Shown: positions 50,569-61,020, counted from the whole stretch's first letter. The stretch: 63,048 bases of DNA, filler included, from Actinomycetota bacterium (GCA_009886115.1; 5 parts of 5 records of this genome joined end to end with filler, not necessarily neighbours in it), one strand, 5' to 3'. The notes: a model not told the origin generated them from the sequence alone. A program made the numbers and translations.

Positions 50569-50925
50569 CTAGGGCTTGTCCTTCTTGTGACCGAAGAGGC
50601 GCTTGAAGCGTCCGCCCTGGCGGCGGCGCTGTTCTTCCTCGAACTCGGCGACGACCTGCGGACCGATGGCGTTGATGATGTCCTCGGCCTCGTCGAGGAG
50701 CGCGGCGGCGCCGTTGTCGAGCCCGGGCGGCTCCTCGATGGGAGGGATCGGCGCCAAAGAGCCATAGGTCCAGCCGATGTCGACGAGGCGACGCTTGTAG
50801 CCGGGGCAGGCCTCGGGGCAACGCCACGGGGCCTCGGGCGCGAGGTCGAGGTTGCACTTGCGCACGGTGTCGCCCGAGGGATACGAGCGCGATTCGTAGT
50901 GCTGGCAATCGGTCCGCATCGGCAT
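50569..50925 (-). CDS. Small Cys-containing hypothetical protein
   Basis: Four Cys (CQHY, KCNL, RCPEAC) in a compact ORF. Confidence 0.65.
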   Translation of the reverse strand: MPMRTDCQHYESRSYPSGDTVRKCNLDLAPEAPWRCPEACPGYKRRLVDIGWTYGSLAPIPPIEEPPGLDNGAAALLDEAEDIINAIGPQVVAEFEEEQRRRQGGRFKRLFGHKKDKP

Positions 50926-51010
50926 CGCCTCTATCGTGCCAGACCGGGCGACGCTCTCGCGCCACGTTCGACGAAGAACAACGGTGCGCGTGGCAGACGG
51001 CCGGGGAAGC

Positions 51011-52783
51011 TCAGACCGCGCAGGCGACGGCGAAGCCCGAGGCGCCGGGGAAGCCGGAGACGCTGGCAGTGGCGCTGCCAGTTGCGGCGGTGACGACCGG
51101 GGGCGTAGCGGTCGCGTTCCAGATGCCGCCCTCGGCCTCGTCGGAACCGGTCTCGGGCGGAGCGGCCGCCGTGGTGAACCCGCCGCCGGCGGTCCGAAGC
51201 CACCACGGGTCGGGCTGGGCCAGACATCCCGCGGGCCGGCCCAGGTTGTAGAGACCGGTGCGGTCGCCGGGGCCGAACTCGGCCGCGTTCGCCGTGGCCG
51301 TCGGGTACATGATCTCCTTCACGTCGTCGGCGTGGTGGAGCCCCATCACGTGGGTGATCTCGTGGATGAGCACCTCGCCCCAGGTGTAGCCCGTCCCGAA
51401 ACCCGCTCCGAAGCTCGCGTTGTAGTCGGCGTTCAACGTGACCTGGCCGGTGACGTAGACCCAGCGGCCCTGCTCCTTGACCGCGGTCGATCCGCCGAGG
51501 CCGAGAATGCCGCCGGTCAGGTTCTGGTCGGTCTCGCCCGGCCGCACCCAGGCGATGAGGATGGGAACCCAGCGATCGCCGTAGCGGGCGTTGTCGTAGA
51601 GCGGTCTGGCCTTCGACGGTCGCTCCGCAGTGTCGCCGTCGTAGACGAACGTGATGCCGGTGGCGTTGGCCACCCGGGTCAACGCGCCCATCACGTCCTG
51701 GCGGGCCGTGGCCGGGGCCGAAGCCAGGTTGGTGGTGATGTGGATCTCCTGGCAAGGGTTGTACCGGGCCGGCGAGGCATCGTCGTTGAGGCGCATGTAG
51801 TTGTAGATCCCGCCCGAAGGCGTGCCGGGCTGCGCCACCGGGGCGATCACGGTTCCCGCCGCCCCCGGAAGCGCCGGCGTCGGGCTGCCCGAAGCGCCGG
51901 GGACCGATCCCTGCGCAGGAAACTGGACCACGGTGCCGTCGGCGGCGACGACCCAGTACCCGGCCGTCGTCCGGATGATGCCGATGGCACCCGTGCCGGT
52001 TCCTGCCGTACCGCCGAGGTACGGAGCGTTCCCGAAGTTGTAGACCGATCCGTCGCCGCCGAGCAGCCAGTACCCGGCGCCGGTGACGGTGGGGGCCGCG
52101 CCCACGATCGGAGCCGGCAAGGGACTGCCGCCCGTCGAGCCGTGGAACGTAGCGTCTCCGTAGCTGAAGATCCCGCCGTCGGCGGCGATGAGGCGGTATC
52201 CCGCACCCGTCGGGGATGCTGTCATGGCCAGGATGGGCTGGTTGAGGCGGATATCGCCGGTGCTACCGAAGAAGCGGGCGTCACCGAACGCAAAGATGCC
52301 GCCGTCGCGAGCGACCATCCAGTACCCGTTGCCCGAGGGCGTGGCGGCCATCCCCACGATGGGCTGGTTGAGGCGGATATCGCCGGTGCTGCCGAAGAAG
52401 CGGGCATCGCCGTAGCTGAAGATGCCACCGTCGCGAGCGACGAGCCAGTAGCCCTTGCCCGAGGCACTCGACGCGATGCCCACGAGGGGCTGGCTGAGGA
52501 CGGCCCCGCCCATCGAACCATGGTCGAGTGCATCGCCATGCGCCGACACCGTGCCGTCGGTGCGGGCGATCCAGTAGCCCTGGCCCGTCGGGGTGGCGGC
52601 CATGCCGGCTGCCGGTGCGGAAGCGGCGGCCGCGTCCTGCGGCCCGGGGGCGCTCGTGGCGCCGGCTCGTGAGGTGTTGGTCGTCGCGACCACCGCGGTG
52701 GTGCATAGGGCCAGCACGATCGTGAGATCGCGGGCCCTGCGCCACTGCAGGGTTCCCGTGGATCGGACCATCCGTGTCCGCAC
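51011..52783 (-). CDS. Secreted matrixin-like metalloprotease with N-terminal ~41-aa repeats
   Basis: Signal peptide; about 5 GYWLVAxDGGIFxxGDA repeats; HEITHVMGLHH plus Met-turn IMYP. Confidence 0.85.
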   Translation of the reverse strand: MRTRMVRSTGTLQWRRARDLTIVLALCTTAVVATTNTSRAGATSAPGPQDAAAASAPAAGMAATPTGQGYWIARTDGTVSAHGDALDHGSMGGAVLSQPLVGIASSASGKGYWLVARDGGIFSYGDARFFGSTGDIRLNQPIVGMAATPSGNGYWMVARDGGIFAFGDARFFGSTGDIRLNQPILAMTASPTGAGYRLIAADGGIFSYGDATFHGSTGGSPLPAPIVGAAPTVTGAGYWLLGGDGSVYNFGNAPYLGGTAGTGTGAIGIIRTTAGYWVVAADGTVVQFPAQGSVPGASGSPTPALPGAAGTVIAPVAQPGTPSGGIYNYMRLNDDASPARYNPCQEIHITTNLASAPATARQDVMGALTRVANATGITFVYDGDTAERPSKARPLYDNARYGDRWVPILIAWVRPGETDQNLTGGILGLGGSTAVKEQGRWVYVTGQVTLNADYNASFGAGFGTGYTWGEVLIHEITHVMGLHHADDVKEIMYPTATANAAEFGPGDRTGLYNLGRPAGCLAQPDPWWLRTAGGGFTTAAAPPETGSDEAEGGIWNATATPPVVTAATGSATASVSGFPGASGFAVACAV

Positions 52784-52970
52784 TCCCTTCCGGCCTTCCG
52801 TGAAGCCGGAGTAAGAGTCGACACTCTGAGTGGTTATTCTTGACCGCTATCCGTGGTCAGCCCTGTTCGATCGGCCCGTCCGTCCGATGTGTCCGGTGCC
52901 GTTCGAGCCTCTTGTCGGCCCGAGGCGGCCGTCACTTTCGGAGTGAACCGGGCTGCACCCCCAACCCCCT

Positions 52971-53021
52971 CCAAATTTGCGCGGAAACGCGCACTCCGTG
53001 AGCATTTCCGCGCACATTTGG
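52971..53021. repeat. REP-like palindrome copy 2
   Basis: CCAAATTTGCGCGGAAACGC-GCACTCCGTGA-GCATTTCCGCGCACATTTGG; near-identical to 25351-25400. Confidence 0.85.
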
Positions 53022-53032
53022 GGAAGGGCGGG

Positions 53033-54261
53033 CTACACAGCGTCGAGGCGCGACAAGGTCCCGCTGAGCGAGAGCACGTACAGGTCGCCGGCGTTGTCGA
53101 GGCCGAACGACGAGATCTGGCTCCCGGCGACGCCGAGGTCGAGCACCTGGAAGAGCTGGCCCTGGATGACCCGCAGCGCCTGGAGCCGGGATCGGCAGAA
53201 GTCGGCCCACACGTAGAGCCCCTGGATCGCCGGTACCCGGGCGCTCGAGACGACGTAGCCGCCGGTGACCGAGCAGCCCTCGGCGGGGTTGGCGTACTCG
53301 TGGATGGGGGCCACGGCGTTGGCGGGAGCGGTGCCGGTGAACGGGCGAGTGCCCTCGAGGCGGTTCCAGCCCAGGTTGGCGCCTTTGCCGCCGGGCGCTC
53401 CAGCGCCGGGCGAGGCGAGCAGGTCGATCTCCTCGCGTTGGTTCTGGCCGACGTCGCCGATCCAGAGGTTGCCGCTCGGATCGAACGAGAAGCGCCACGG
53501 GTTGCGCAGGCCGTACGCCCAGATCTCGCCCCGGGCCCCGGCCGTTGCCACGAACGGGTTGTCGGGCGGCACGGTGTAGGCCGCCGCACCGACCGGTGTG
53601 GGGTTGATGCGGAGGATCTTGCCCAGCAGGGTGCCGAGGTTCTGCGCGTTGCCTTGGGGATCCCCGCCGCTGCCGCCGTCACCCAAGGCCAGGTAGAGCA
53701 GACCGTCCGGTCCGGCGGTGAGCTGTCCGCCATTGTGGTTGGCGAACGGCTGGTCGACGAAGAGCAGCTCTCGGGCGCTGCTCGTGACCGCTCGCACGTT
53801 GGCGTCGAGGGCGTACTCGACGAGCCGCGTGTCGCCCGAGGTGTCGGTGTAGTGCACGTACAGCTTGCCGCCGAGGAAGGCCAGCCCGAGCAGACCCTGC
53901 TCGCCCCCGGTGGAGACCCGCCCGATGAGATCGAGCACCGGGGTCGCATCGACCGCGCCGTTGCGGACGGCTCGCACCCGCCCCGCCTTCTCGGCCACGT
54001 AGAGGGTGGTGTCGCCGGGGCGAACGGCCATGGCCGTCGGAGCCGCCAGCGTGGCGACGGTCGTGAGCTTCAACGGAACCAGGCTGAACGGGAGCGACCC
54101 GAAGAAGCGGGCGTCGCCGTAGCTGAACAAGCCGCCGTCGGTGGCGACGAGCCAGTAGCCGTTGCCTGTGGGGGTGGGGGCCATGCCGACGATGGGTTGG
54201 TTGAGGCGGATGTTGCCGGTGGAGCCTTGGAACACCGCGTCGCCGTAGGCGAAGATGCCGC
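53033..54261 (-). CDS. PQQ-dependent sugar dehydrogenase (GSDH) with the same N-terminal repeats, 5' truncated
   Basis: [47 protein letters not shown]. Confidence 0.9.
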
Positions 54262-54361
54262 NNNNNNNNNNNNNNNNNNNNNNNNNNNNNNNNNNNNNNN
54301 NNNNNTTAATTAATTAANNNNNNNNNNNNNNNNNNNNNNNNNNNNNNNNNNNNNNNNNNNN
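54262..54361. other. Artificial contig linker
   Basis: N-run with TTAATTAATTAA. Confidence 0.98.
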
Positions 54362-54445
54362 ACCCGGCACCCGGCACCCGGACCCGGCACCCGACCCCCG
54401 CGAGGCGAGTGGCGGGGCGAGGCCGGTGTGGATGAGCCTGGCGCC

Positions 54446-56395
54446 ATGTCCCAACGCATCGCCAACCCGCACGCCGGCCGTCAATTCACCGACGACGACG
54501 ACGCCATCGCCGCGGCGCTCGAGGATGTGAGCGTCCCTGCGCTCATGTGCGCCATGGTCCACGTGACCGGTGACCCCTCCTGGATCAGAGGCGACATCAG
54601 GCCGCAGGCAGCGGTGCTGAACCAGTACCAGGGCATGATGAGCGTCGAGATGCAGGCCGAGGCCCGTCGACGGGCGCTGCCTGCACTGGCGGCATTTCGC
54701 GACGGCGGTTGCCGGTTGCCGGAGCCGCCGTCAGCCGAGGTGATCCACGAGATGATGTCGTGGCTGGCCTGCGAACGTGTCGCCGACGAGGTCGTCCCCA
54801 TGTTCGCCGAGGACCTGCACCTCGACGGCGCCGATCAGGGCGAGATCACCTGGGGTCACGAGATCCCCGATGACGTGCGCGACCGCTCCCATGTCGTGGT
54901 GATCGGCTGCGGGGAGTCGGGGATCCTCGCCGGCATCCGCCTCGGCCAGGCCGGGATCGCCTACACGATCGTCGACAAGAGCGGCGGTCCCGGCGGCACC
55001 TGGTACGACAACCGCTATCCCGGCGCTCGCGTCGACATCGGCAGCCACTTCTACTGCTACTCCTTCGAGCCGGCCGACCACTGGACCGAGTACTTCTCCC
55101 AGCACACCGAGCTGCGCGAGTACTTCCAGCGCGTCATGAGCCACCACGGCGTCGACGCGCACTGCCGCTTCCACACCGAGGTCACCGCCGCGTCATGGGA
55201 CGAGGCCACCGCCCGCTGGATCGTCACCGTCGTCACCCCCGACGGCGGTACCGACACCCTCGAGGCCACGGCGCTCATCAGCGCGGTCGGGGCGCTGAAC
55301 CAGCCCAAGCTCCCCGACATCCCCGGGCTCGACGATTTCGCCGGACCCTGGTTCCACTCCGCCCGTTGGGACCGTTCCGTCGACCATCGGGGCAAGCGCG
55401 TCGCGCTCGTCGGTGCCGGAGCGAGCGGCTTCCAGATCGCGCCCACGATCGCCGACGAGGTCGAGCACATCACCGTCTTCCAACGCACCGCCCAGTGGAT
55501 GATGCCCAACGACAACTACCACCGGCGGGTACCGCCCGGCGAGACCTGGGCCATGCGCCACATCCCGTTCTACGCACGGTGGTTCCGGTTCATCACCTTC
55601 TATCCGGGCGCCGGCCTGTCGATCGAGGGCTCACGGATCGACCCCGACTACGACGACAGCGACGGGCGGGCCGTGAGCGCAGCCAACAAGATGCGCGGCG
55701 AGATCTTCGGTCGGTGGATCACCGAGCAGGTGGGCGACGACCCCGAGCTGCTCGCCAAGGTGATGCCCGACTATCCGGCCACGGCCAAGCGGATGCTCCA
55801 GGACAACGGTTCGTGGCTGGCATGCCTCAAGAAGCCCAACGTGGAGTTGATCCGTACCGGGATCGACCGGGTGGTACCCGACGGGATCGTCACCGTCGAC
55901 GGACGACACCACGCGGCCGACATCATCTGCTACGCCACGGGTTTCCGCCACAACGACTACCTGTGGCCGATGACCATCACCGGCCGCGACGGCATCACGT
56001 TGCGCGATCAGTGGGGTGACGAGCCCACCGCCTATCTGGGCATCACCGTGGCGCACTTCCCGAACCTGTTCTGCCTCTACGGACCGGGGACGAACCTCGC
56101 CCACGGCGCCAGCCTGATCTTCCAGTCGGAGTGCCAGGTCAACTACATCATGGACGCGCTGCGCCTGGTGCTCACCGGCGGTCACCAGGCTTTGGAGCCC
56201 CGGCAGGACGTCCACGATCGCTACAGCGCCCACTACCAGGAGCAGATCGGCCAGATGGTCTGGGCCCACTGGTCGGTGAAGCACTCGCACTTCAAGAACC
56301 CCGACGGTCGGATCTTCACCCTCTCGCCGTGGCCGATCCCCACCTACTGGCGCTGGACCAAGGCCGTCGACCCGGCCGACTACCTGCTCCGGTAA
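54446..56395 (+). CDS. Baeyer-Villiger monooxygenase (4-hydroxyacetophenone monooxygenase-like)
   Basis: N-terminal extension; GCGESG, GGTWYDNRYPGARVD, FAGPWFHSARW, GAGASG, ATGF. Confidence 0.92.
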   Translation: MSQRIANPHAGRQFTDDDDAIAAALEDVSVPALMCAMVHVTGDPSWIRGDIRPQAAVLNQYQGMMSVEMQAEARRRALPALAAFRDGGCRLPEPPSAEVIHEMMSWLACERVADEVVPMFAEDLHLDGADQGEITWGHEIPDDVRDRSHVVVIGCGESGILAGIRLGQAGIAYTIVDKSGGPGGTWYDNRYPGARVDIGSHFYCYSFEPADHWTEYFSQHTELREYFQRVMSHHGVDAHCRFHTEVTAASWDEATARWIVTVVTPDGGTDTLEATALISAVGALNQPKLPDIPGLDDFAGPWFHSARWDRSVDHRGKRVALVGAGASGFQIAPTIADEVEHITVFQRTAQWMMPNDNYHRRVPPGETWAMRHIPFYARWFRFITFYPGAGLSIEGSRIDPDYDDSDGRAVSAANKMRGEIFGRWITEQVGDDPELLAKVMPDYPATAKRMLQDNGSWLACLKKPNVELIRTGIDRVVPDGIVTVDGRHHAADIICYATGFRHNDYLWPMTITGRDGITLRDQWGDEPTAYLGITVAHFPNLFCLYGPGTNLAHGASLIFQSECQVNYIMDALRLVLTGGHQALEPRQDVHDRYSAHYQEQIGQMVWAHWSVKHSHFKNPDGRIFTLSPWPIPTYWRWTKAVDPADYLLR

Positions 56396-56413
56396 CCGTC
56401 GCCGAGGCCGGGT

Positions 56414-57784
56414 TCATGAAGCTGCTGTCGAGAAGGTCCAGTCCGGCTGCTTGAGACGTTGCTTGTCATCGAGGCTGAACCGGTCGCCGACCAGATCGAC
56501 GATCTTGGTGATCAGGAGGTCGCGGCGTTCGGCCTGCGCTCGCGACGCACGCATCTCGGGGATCAGGCTCTCGATCACTCGCTGTTCCTGGGTTGGCAGG
56601 TAACAGCGAGCCGCGTCGGTGACGGCGCCGAGCCGCCCCGACAACACGCCGAGGTCGAGGGCCACGCCCGTTCGCGCCTCGAGCAGCGACGTGACGTGCT
56701 CGCAGCCGAGCTTGCACGCCGGGCATTGCCCGCACGACTCCACGGAGAGGAACCGCGATACGGCGGCAGCCAGCTCGACCGGGTCGGTCCGATCGTCGAA
56801 CACCATGAAGCCGCCGGTTCCGAGGCCGCTGCCGAGCGCAGCAAGCCCTTCGTAGCTGGCGGGAACATCGAGGTCGTCGGCTCGCAGCACCGCGTTGGCG
56901 ACGCCCGACAAGACGTACTTCAGCGTGCGCCCGTCGGCGATGCCACCCCCGATGGTGTCGATGATCTCGGCGACGGGGGTTCCGAGCTCGAACTCCTCGA
57001 CCCCGTGGCGCCGGGTATCGCCCGAGACCGTGCACACGATCGTGCCCGGCGACTCGACGGTACCGAGCGCCCGGTACCGCTCGCCGCCCTCGCGCACGAT
57101 CGTCGGGATCGCGCTCAACGTCTCGACGTTGTTCACGAGCGTCGGGTTCGATGCTGCCCCACCGCCGCGGTTGCGGGTCTGGCCGGCCGACCACCCCATC
57201 TGCGGGTTGTTCGTGAAGAGGCCGTAGATGTAGGGCGGGAACATGCGGGGCAGCGGGTCTTCGCCCTCGATGACCTCGAGCAGTGCCTTTTCTTCCCCGA
57301 ACAGGTACTCGTCGGGGCCCCTGACCAGCTCGATCCCGATCTCGGGCGCCCAGCCGGCGGCCTCGATCTCCTGGACGGCCCGGGTCACGCGCTCCGCCTC
57401 GATCGAGAACGACCGCTTCAGAGCGATGAACACCCGGCGCGCACCGACGACGGTCGCTGCGATCAGCACGCCCTCGACCAACTGGTAGGGGTTGCGACGA
57501 ATGAGGAAGCGATCCTTGAACGTTCCCGGCTCGCCCTCGGCGCCGTTCGCCACCACGAACCTCTCGCCCGCCGCAGCACCACCTTCGGCGATCGAGCGCC
57601 ATTTCACGCCGACCGGGAACCCGGCACCACCGCGACCGCGCAGACCCGAGATGTCGACCTCGTCGAGCACGCCCGAGGCGCCCAGCCGACCGACCATCGA
57701 CAGTGCCCGTCCGCCGCCGGTGGCGACATAGTCGTCGAGCGACCACAACGGCTCGGAGCCCAGGAGCACACGACGAACCCCCAC
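56414..57784 (-). CDS. Stand-alone NuoF-like FMN/4Fe-4S protein
   Basis: GLRGRGGAGFP..KW, NGAEGEPGTFKDR, GEEKALL, NNVETL, ESCGQCPAC...C. Confidence 0.88.
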   Translation of the reverse strand: MGVRRVLLGSEPLWSLDDYVATGGGRALSMVGRLGASGVLDEVDISGLRGRGGAGFPVGVKWRSIAEGGAAAGERFVVANGAEGEPGTFKDRFLIRRNPYQLVEGVLIAATVVGARRVFIALKRSFSIEAERVTRAVQEIEAAGWAPEIGIELVRGPDEYLFGEEKALLEVIEGEDPLPRMFPPYIYGLFTNNPQMGWSAGQTRNRGGGAASNPTLVNNVETLSAIPTIVREGGERYRALGTVESPGTIVCTVSGDTRRHGVEEFELGTPVAEIIDTIGGGIADGRTLKYVLSGVANAVLRADDLDVPASYEGLAALGSGLGTGGFMVFDDRTDPVELAAAVSRFLSVESCGQCPACKLGCEHVTSLLEARTGVALDLGVLSGRLGAVTDAARCYLPTQEQRVIESLIPEMRASRAQAERRDLLITKIVDLVGDRFSLDDKQRLKQPDWTFSTAAS

Positions 57785-57786
57785 GA

Positions 57787-57990
57787 TCAGCCCTCCCCGC
57801 CGACCAACGGCTGGTCGCACGGCACAGGCTCGTCGAGGACCACAGCCTCAGCGCCGCTGCGAGGTCGCCGATGGATCGAGGCCAGCTCGTGTTCGGCTTC
57901 CAAGGGATCCGGCGTCCGATCGGTGACTGCGACTTCGACATCGGCGAGGAACTCGGCTGGAGAGAGCTCGAGCTCCCGAGTGTTCGACAT
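57787..57990 (-). CDS. Small acidic hypothetical protein
   Basis: ORF ending immediately before the NuoF-like start. Confidence 0.35.
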   Translation of the reverse strand: MSNTRELELSPAEFLADVEVAVTDRTPDPLEAEHELASIHRRPRSGAEAVVLDEPVPCDQPLVGGEG

Positions 57991-58292
57991 GGAGACCATC
58001 TCGTTTCTCGCTCGACCCGGGTTGTCAAGGTGAGGCCCACCCCGGTCCATGCACGTCCACCCTCGGGCTGCGTTCTCGAGGCCGGGTCAGAAGATCCAGG
58101 ACGCGAGCTGGGGTCTCGCTGTGACAGAGAGGGTCGGGCCCGTGAGGCTGACCCTCCAACGATTCCCTTCGCGCCGTGCGCCGAAACATCAGATGGCGTG
58201 TGGGGGCTCCGCAGCTGGGCTCCGCACCTCCCACTCTATGAACAACCAGGACCGGCCGCCTCGACGTGCACCAACCGCGTTGGGCAGGGGGC

Positions 58293-58740
58293 TCATGCCA
58301 TGTCGGCATGGGCCCGGAGTTGGTGGAGACGGGAGATGGTGATCGAGCCGCGCGCCGAGGTGAGGAGCCCGGCCCGGGCCGCACCGGCCAGGGCCCGGTT
58401 CACCGTGGGGCGGCTGCAGCCGCTGAGCATCGCCAGCTCGTCCTGGGTGATGCGGACCGTGACCGTGCGATCGCTGGCAGGACCGCCGGCTCCGGCTCCG
58501 GCCTCGGCCGCCGTGGCGGTACGCGAGGCCACGTCGGCCAGCCGGCGCAGCACCCGGGTATCGGCCGGGCTGAACCAGGCTTCGAGCACCAGGGCAACGA
58601 GGTGTTCCGACCAGCGGGCGCCGTGCTCGACGATCTCCGCGTCGAACGCGGGAGAGCTGCGCCGGGCCTGGTCGAAGCGCTCACGGGGCACCAGGATGGT
58701 CTCGGTGGTGTCGAGGGCGACGGCTCGGCCGAGATGGGCG
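58293..58740 (-). pseudogene. Crp/Fnr family regulator remnant (C-terminal HTH)
   Basis: ADTRVLRRL, RITQDELAMLSGCSRPTVNRAL, RGSITI; N-terminal cNMP domain missing. Confidence 0.7.
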
Positions 58741-58758
58741 GCACCGTCGAGCGTCGTC

Positions 58759-58860
58759 TCGCATGGGCGTCACGGGCCAATCGAGCTCTCGCTTTCAAGG
58801 CGGGCACGTATGGTCTCAACCGTGGGTGAGGTGACGATCCTCGATCGACCGGTCTATGGC
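58759..58860 (+). repeat. ~100-bp diverged duplicate of the antitoxin promoter and 5' end (61399-61499)
   Basis: Shared GGCGTCACGGGCCAATCGAGCTCTCGCTTTC and GTGACGATCCTCGATCGACCGGTCTATGGC. Confidence 0.92.
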
Positions 58861-58861
58861 T

Positions 58862-59145
58862 GCCTCCGGGGTGAACGTGTCTGCGCCGACCCGGACGGAT
58901 CGATCGCAGAACTCCCCGGCCAGCATGGCAGCCATGAGCGCGCTGTCGTTCGTCGACACCGGCCACGGCGAGCCCCCGCCGGGTGTCGACCACGACGACA
59001 CCGGCCACGGGGTCGGACTTGGAGAAGGTCACCGTGTACGAGACGAATTTTGCCGGTCCCTCGTAGCCGACATCGATCTCGCACACCGGTGTCCACCTGT
59101 GCGCGGCCTCCGTAACGTCGACGAACTGGTAGCCGTTGGGGTAGC
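58862..59145 (-). pseudogene. C-terminal remnant of a thiolase-like protein
   Basis: YEGPAKFVSYTV..VVVDT then frameshifted NDSALMAAM..EFCDRSVRV. Confidence 0.5.
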
Positions 59146-59398
59146 CGGCGGACGATGTCGACACCGGCCGGGGACTGCAAGTCGACGGCGATCGAGTGTT
59201 TCCCCGGTTGCAGACGACGAACAGGGAGCTCATGCCGTTGATCCGGACACCGACGTAGCGGCCGATGCCACCGATTCCCGGGCGTTCGACCTTGATCACA
59301 TCGGCGCCCTGGTCCGCGAGCAGTGCCGCGACGTAAGGGCCGGTCAACGCGATGGAGATCTCGAGAACCTTGACGCCGCCGAGGGGTCCAGCGGCCAT
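59146..59398 (-). pseudogene. CaiB/BaiF CoA-transferase N-terminal remnant
   Basis: GPLGGVKVLE..TGPY..LLADQGADVIKVE..NRG, frameshift, SIAVDLQSPAG..VRRL, then truncated. Confidence 0.8.
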
Positions 59399-59411
59399 GG
59401 TCGTCGCGCCC

Positions 59412-60233
59412 TCAGTCCATGAAGACCGGCGGCCGGCCTTCCTTGCGGGCCTTGACGGCCTCCTCGAAGTTCTGCGTGGTGAGCCGCACGTACAGCTGCG
59501 TGTTGCTCTCCATCTCGATGGCGGCGCGCAAGCTGGAGATCTCGAGACCGGCCCACATCGTGCGTTTGGTCAGGGCGGTGCCCTGCGTGCTCCAGCCGTT
59601 GATCTGGTCCGCGAGATCGAGGGCTTCGGTGAGCAGTTCGCCATCAGGAACCACGCGCGAGATCAGGCCGATGGCTGCGGCCTCGTGGGCGTCGAGGTCA
59701 CGTCCAGACAGCATGAACTCGAATGCACGCGACGAGCCGATCGCGCGCGGCAAGAGGAAGCTGAGCCCGAGCTCGGTGGCCGTGAGGCCGTTGTTGATAC
59801 CCGCGGCCCGGAAGTAGGCGGACTCGCCGGCCAGGCGGATGTCTGCGCCGAGCGTGAGGCACATCCCGCCGCCGATCGCCGCGCCGTTGATCGCACAGAT
59901 CACGGGCTGGGGCATGCGTTGCATGGCCGGGACCAAGTCGGCGAGCAGTGACATCGCTCGGCTCGCGATGCGGGTGAGCGTGAGGCCGGCGATGTTCGGG
60001 GGCGGATCGCCGCCTCCGGACGTGTCGGCGCCCGAGCAGAACCCGCGGCCCGTGCCGGTGAGCACGACACAGGTCGTGTCGTTGTCGGCAGCGACCTCTT
60101 CGAACGCTTCGTGCAGGGGGACCATCAGCTCGAACGCCATCGAGTTCATGCGCTCGGGGCGGTTGAGCGTGATCACCGTCGTGTGCGGTCGTGGCTTGTC
60201 GATCAGGACGAGGTTCGTGCGCGGTTCGGTCAT
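59412..60233 (-). CDS. Enoyl-CoA hydratase/isomerase family protein
   Basis: TLNRPERMN, GFCSGAD, PVICAINGAAIGGG, ELGLSFLLPR. Confidence 0.92.
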   Translation of the reverse strand: MTEPRTNLVLIDKPRPHTTVITLNRPERMNSMAFELMVPLHEAFEEVAADNDTTCVVLTGTGRGFCSGADTSGGGDPPPNIAGLTLTRIASRAMSLLADLVPAMQRMPQPVICAINGAAIGGGMCLTLGADIRLAGESAYFRAAGINNGLTATELGLSFLLPRAIGSSRAFEFMLSGRDLDAHEAAAIGLISRVVPDGELLTEALDLADQINGWSTQGTALTKRTMWAGLEISSLRAAIEMESNTQLYVRLTTQNFEEAVKARKEGRPPVFMD

Positions 60234-60254
60234 GAGTGAGGCATAATAGCAAAC

Positions 60255-60845
60255 ATGTCTCACTCTCGATGGCTGCGGCACCGTGACGGCACGGTCGCCG
60301 CCGACACGATTCTCGACGCGGCCGGCCAGGTTTTCGCCGAGTACGGCCTCCAGCGGGCGACCATGACCGACGTGGCGCGCGCGGCCGGGTGTTCGCGGGC
60401 CACGCTCTACCGGTACTTCCCCGGCCAGGACACGTTGCATCACGCGTTCGTGCACCGGGCAACGCTGCGAATCGCTCGGCGGCTCGCCGACAATCGCCGC
60501 TCGGGGGCGCCTGGGTCCCTGGCCGACCGGATGCTCGCGGGCATCGCGGCCGTGCGCTCAGATCCGCTTCTGGCGGTCTGGTTCCAGCCCGAGAACGTGG
60601 CGGTGCCGATCGCGGTGAGCCAGAGCTCGGAGCTGCTTCGGGCCATGTCGACCGGACTCTTCGGCCAGCTCGGCGTCGAGGCCGAGAACCCCGACGAACT
60701 CGAACGCCGCGGCGAGTGGCTGCTGCGGTGCATCGTGTCGCTCCTTGCGATGCCCGCGGCGGACGACGCCACGGAGCGAGCGCTCATCGAGTCCTTCGTC
60801 GTGCCCGTGCTCCTCGCGGCGGCGCAGCCGAAGCGGAACGCATGA
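60255..60845 (+). CDS. TetR/AcrR family regulator
   Basis: ILDAA..F...G....TMTDVARAAGCSRATLYRYF. Confidence 0.92.
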   Translation: MSHSRWLRHRDGTVAADTILDAAGQVFAEYGLQRATMTDVARAAGCSRATLYRYFPGQDTLHHAFVHRATLRIARRLADNRRSGAPGSLADRMLAGIAAVRSDPLLAVWFQPENVAVPIAVSQSSELLRAMSTGLFGQLGVEAENPDELERRGEWLLRCIVSLLAMPAADDATERALIESFVVPVLLAAAQPKRNA

Positions 60846-60949
60846 TGTCGCGCCCAGGCGACGAGAAGAACGTCGCGCTCCTTCTGACCGGGGCTGCAGA
60901 ACGGCCTTCGCCTGCCGGTGCGCTGGTCACCCGCCCGCTGACCGCGCCC

Positions 60950-61020
60950 AAGCCAACGACCTGTGGATCGAGGCGTCAGCGATCCACATCGGGGCACCGC
61001 TCCTCACCGCCGACGATGGA
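60950..61020 (+). pseudogene. PIN/VapC toxin C-terminal remnant
   Basis: ANDLWIEASAIHIGAPLLTAD resembles VapC ND.WIAA.A.....PL.T.D. Confidence 0.55.
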
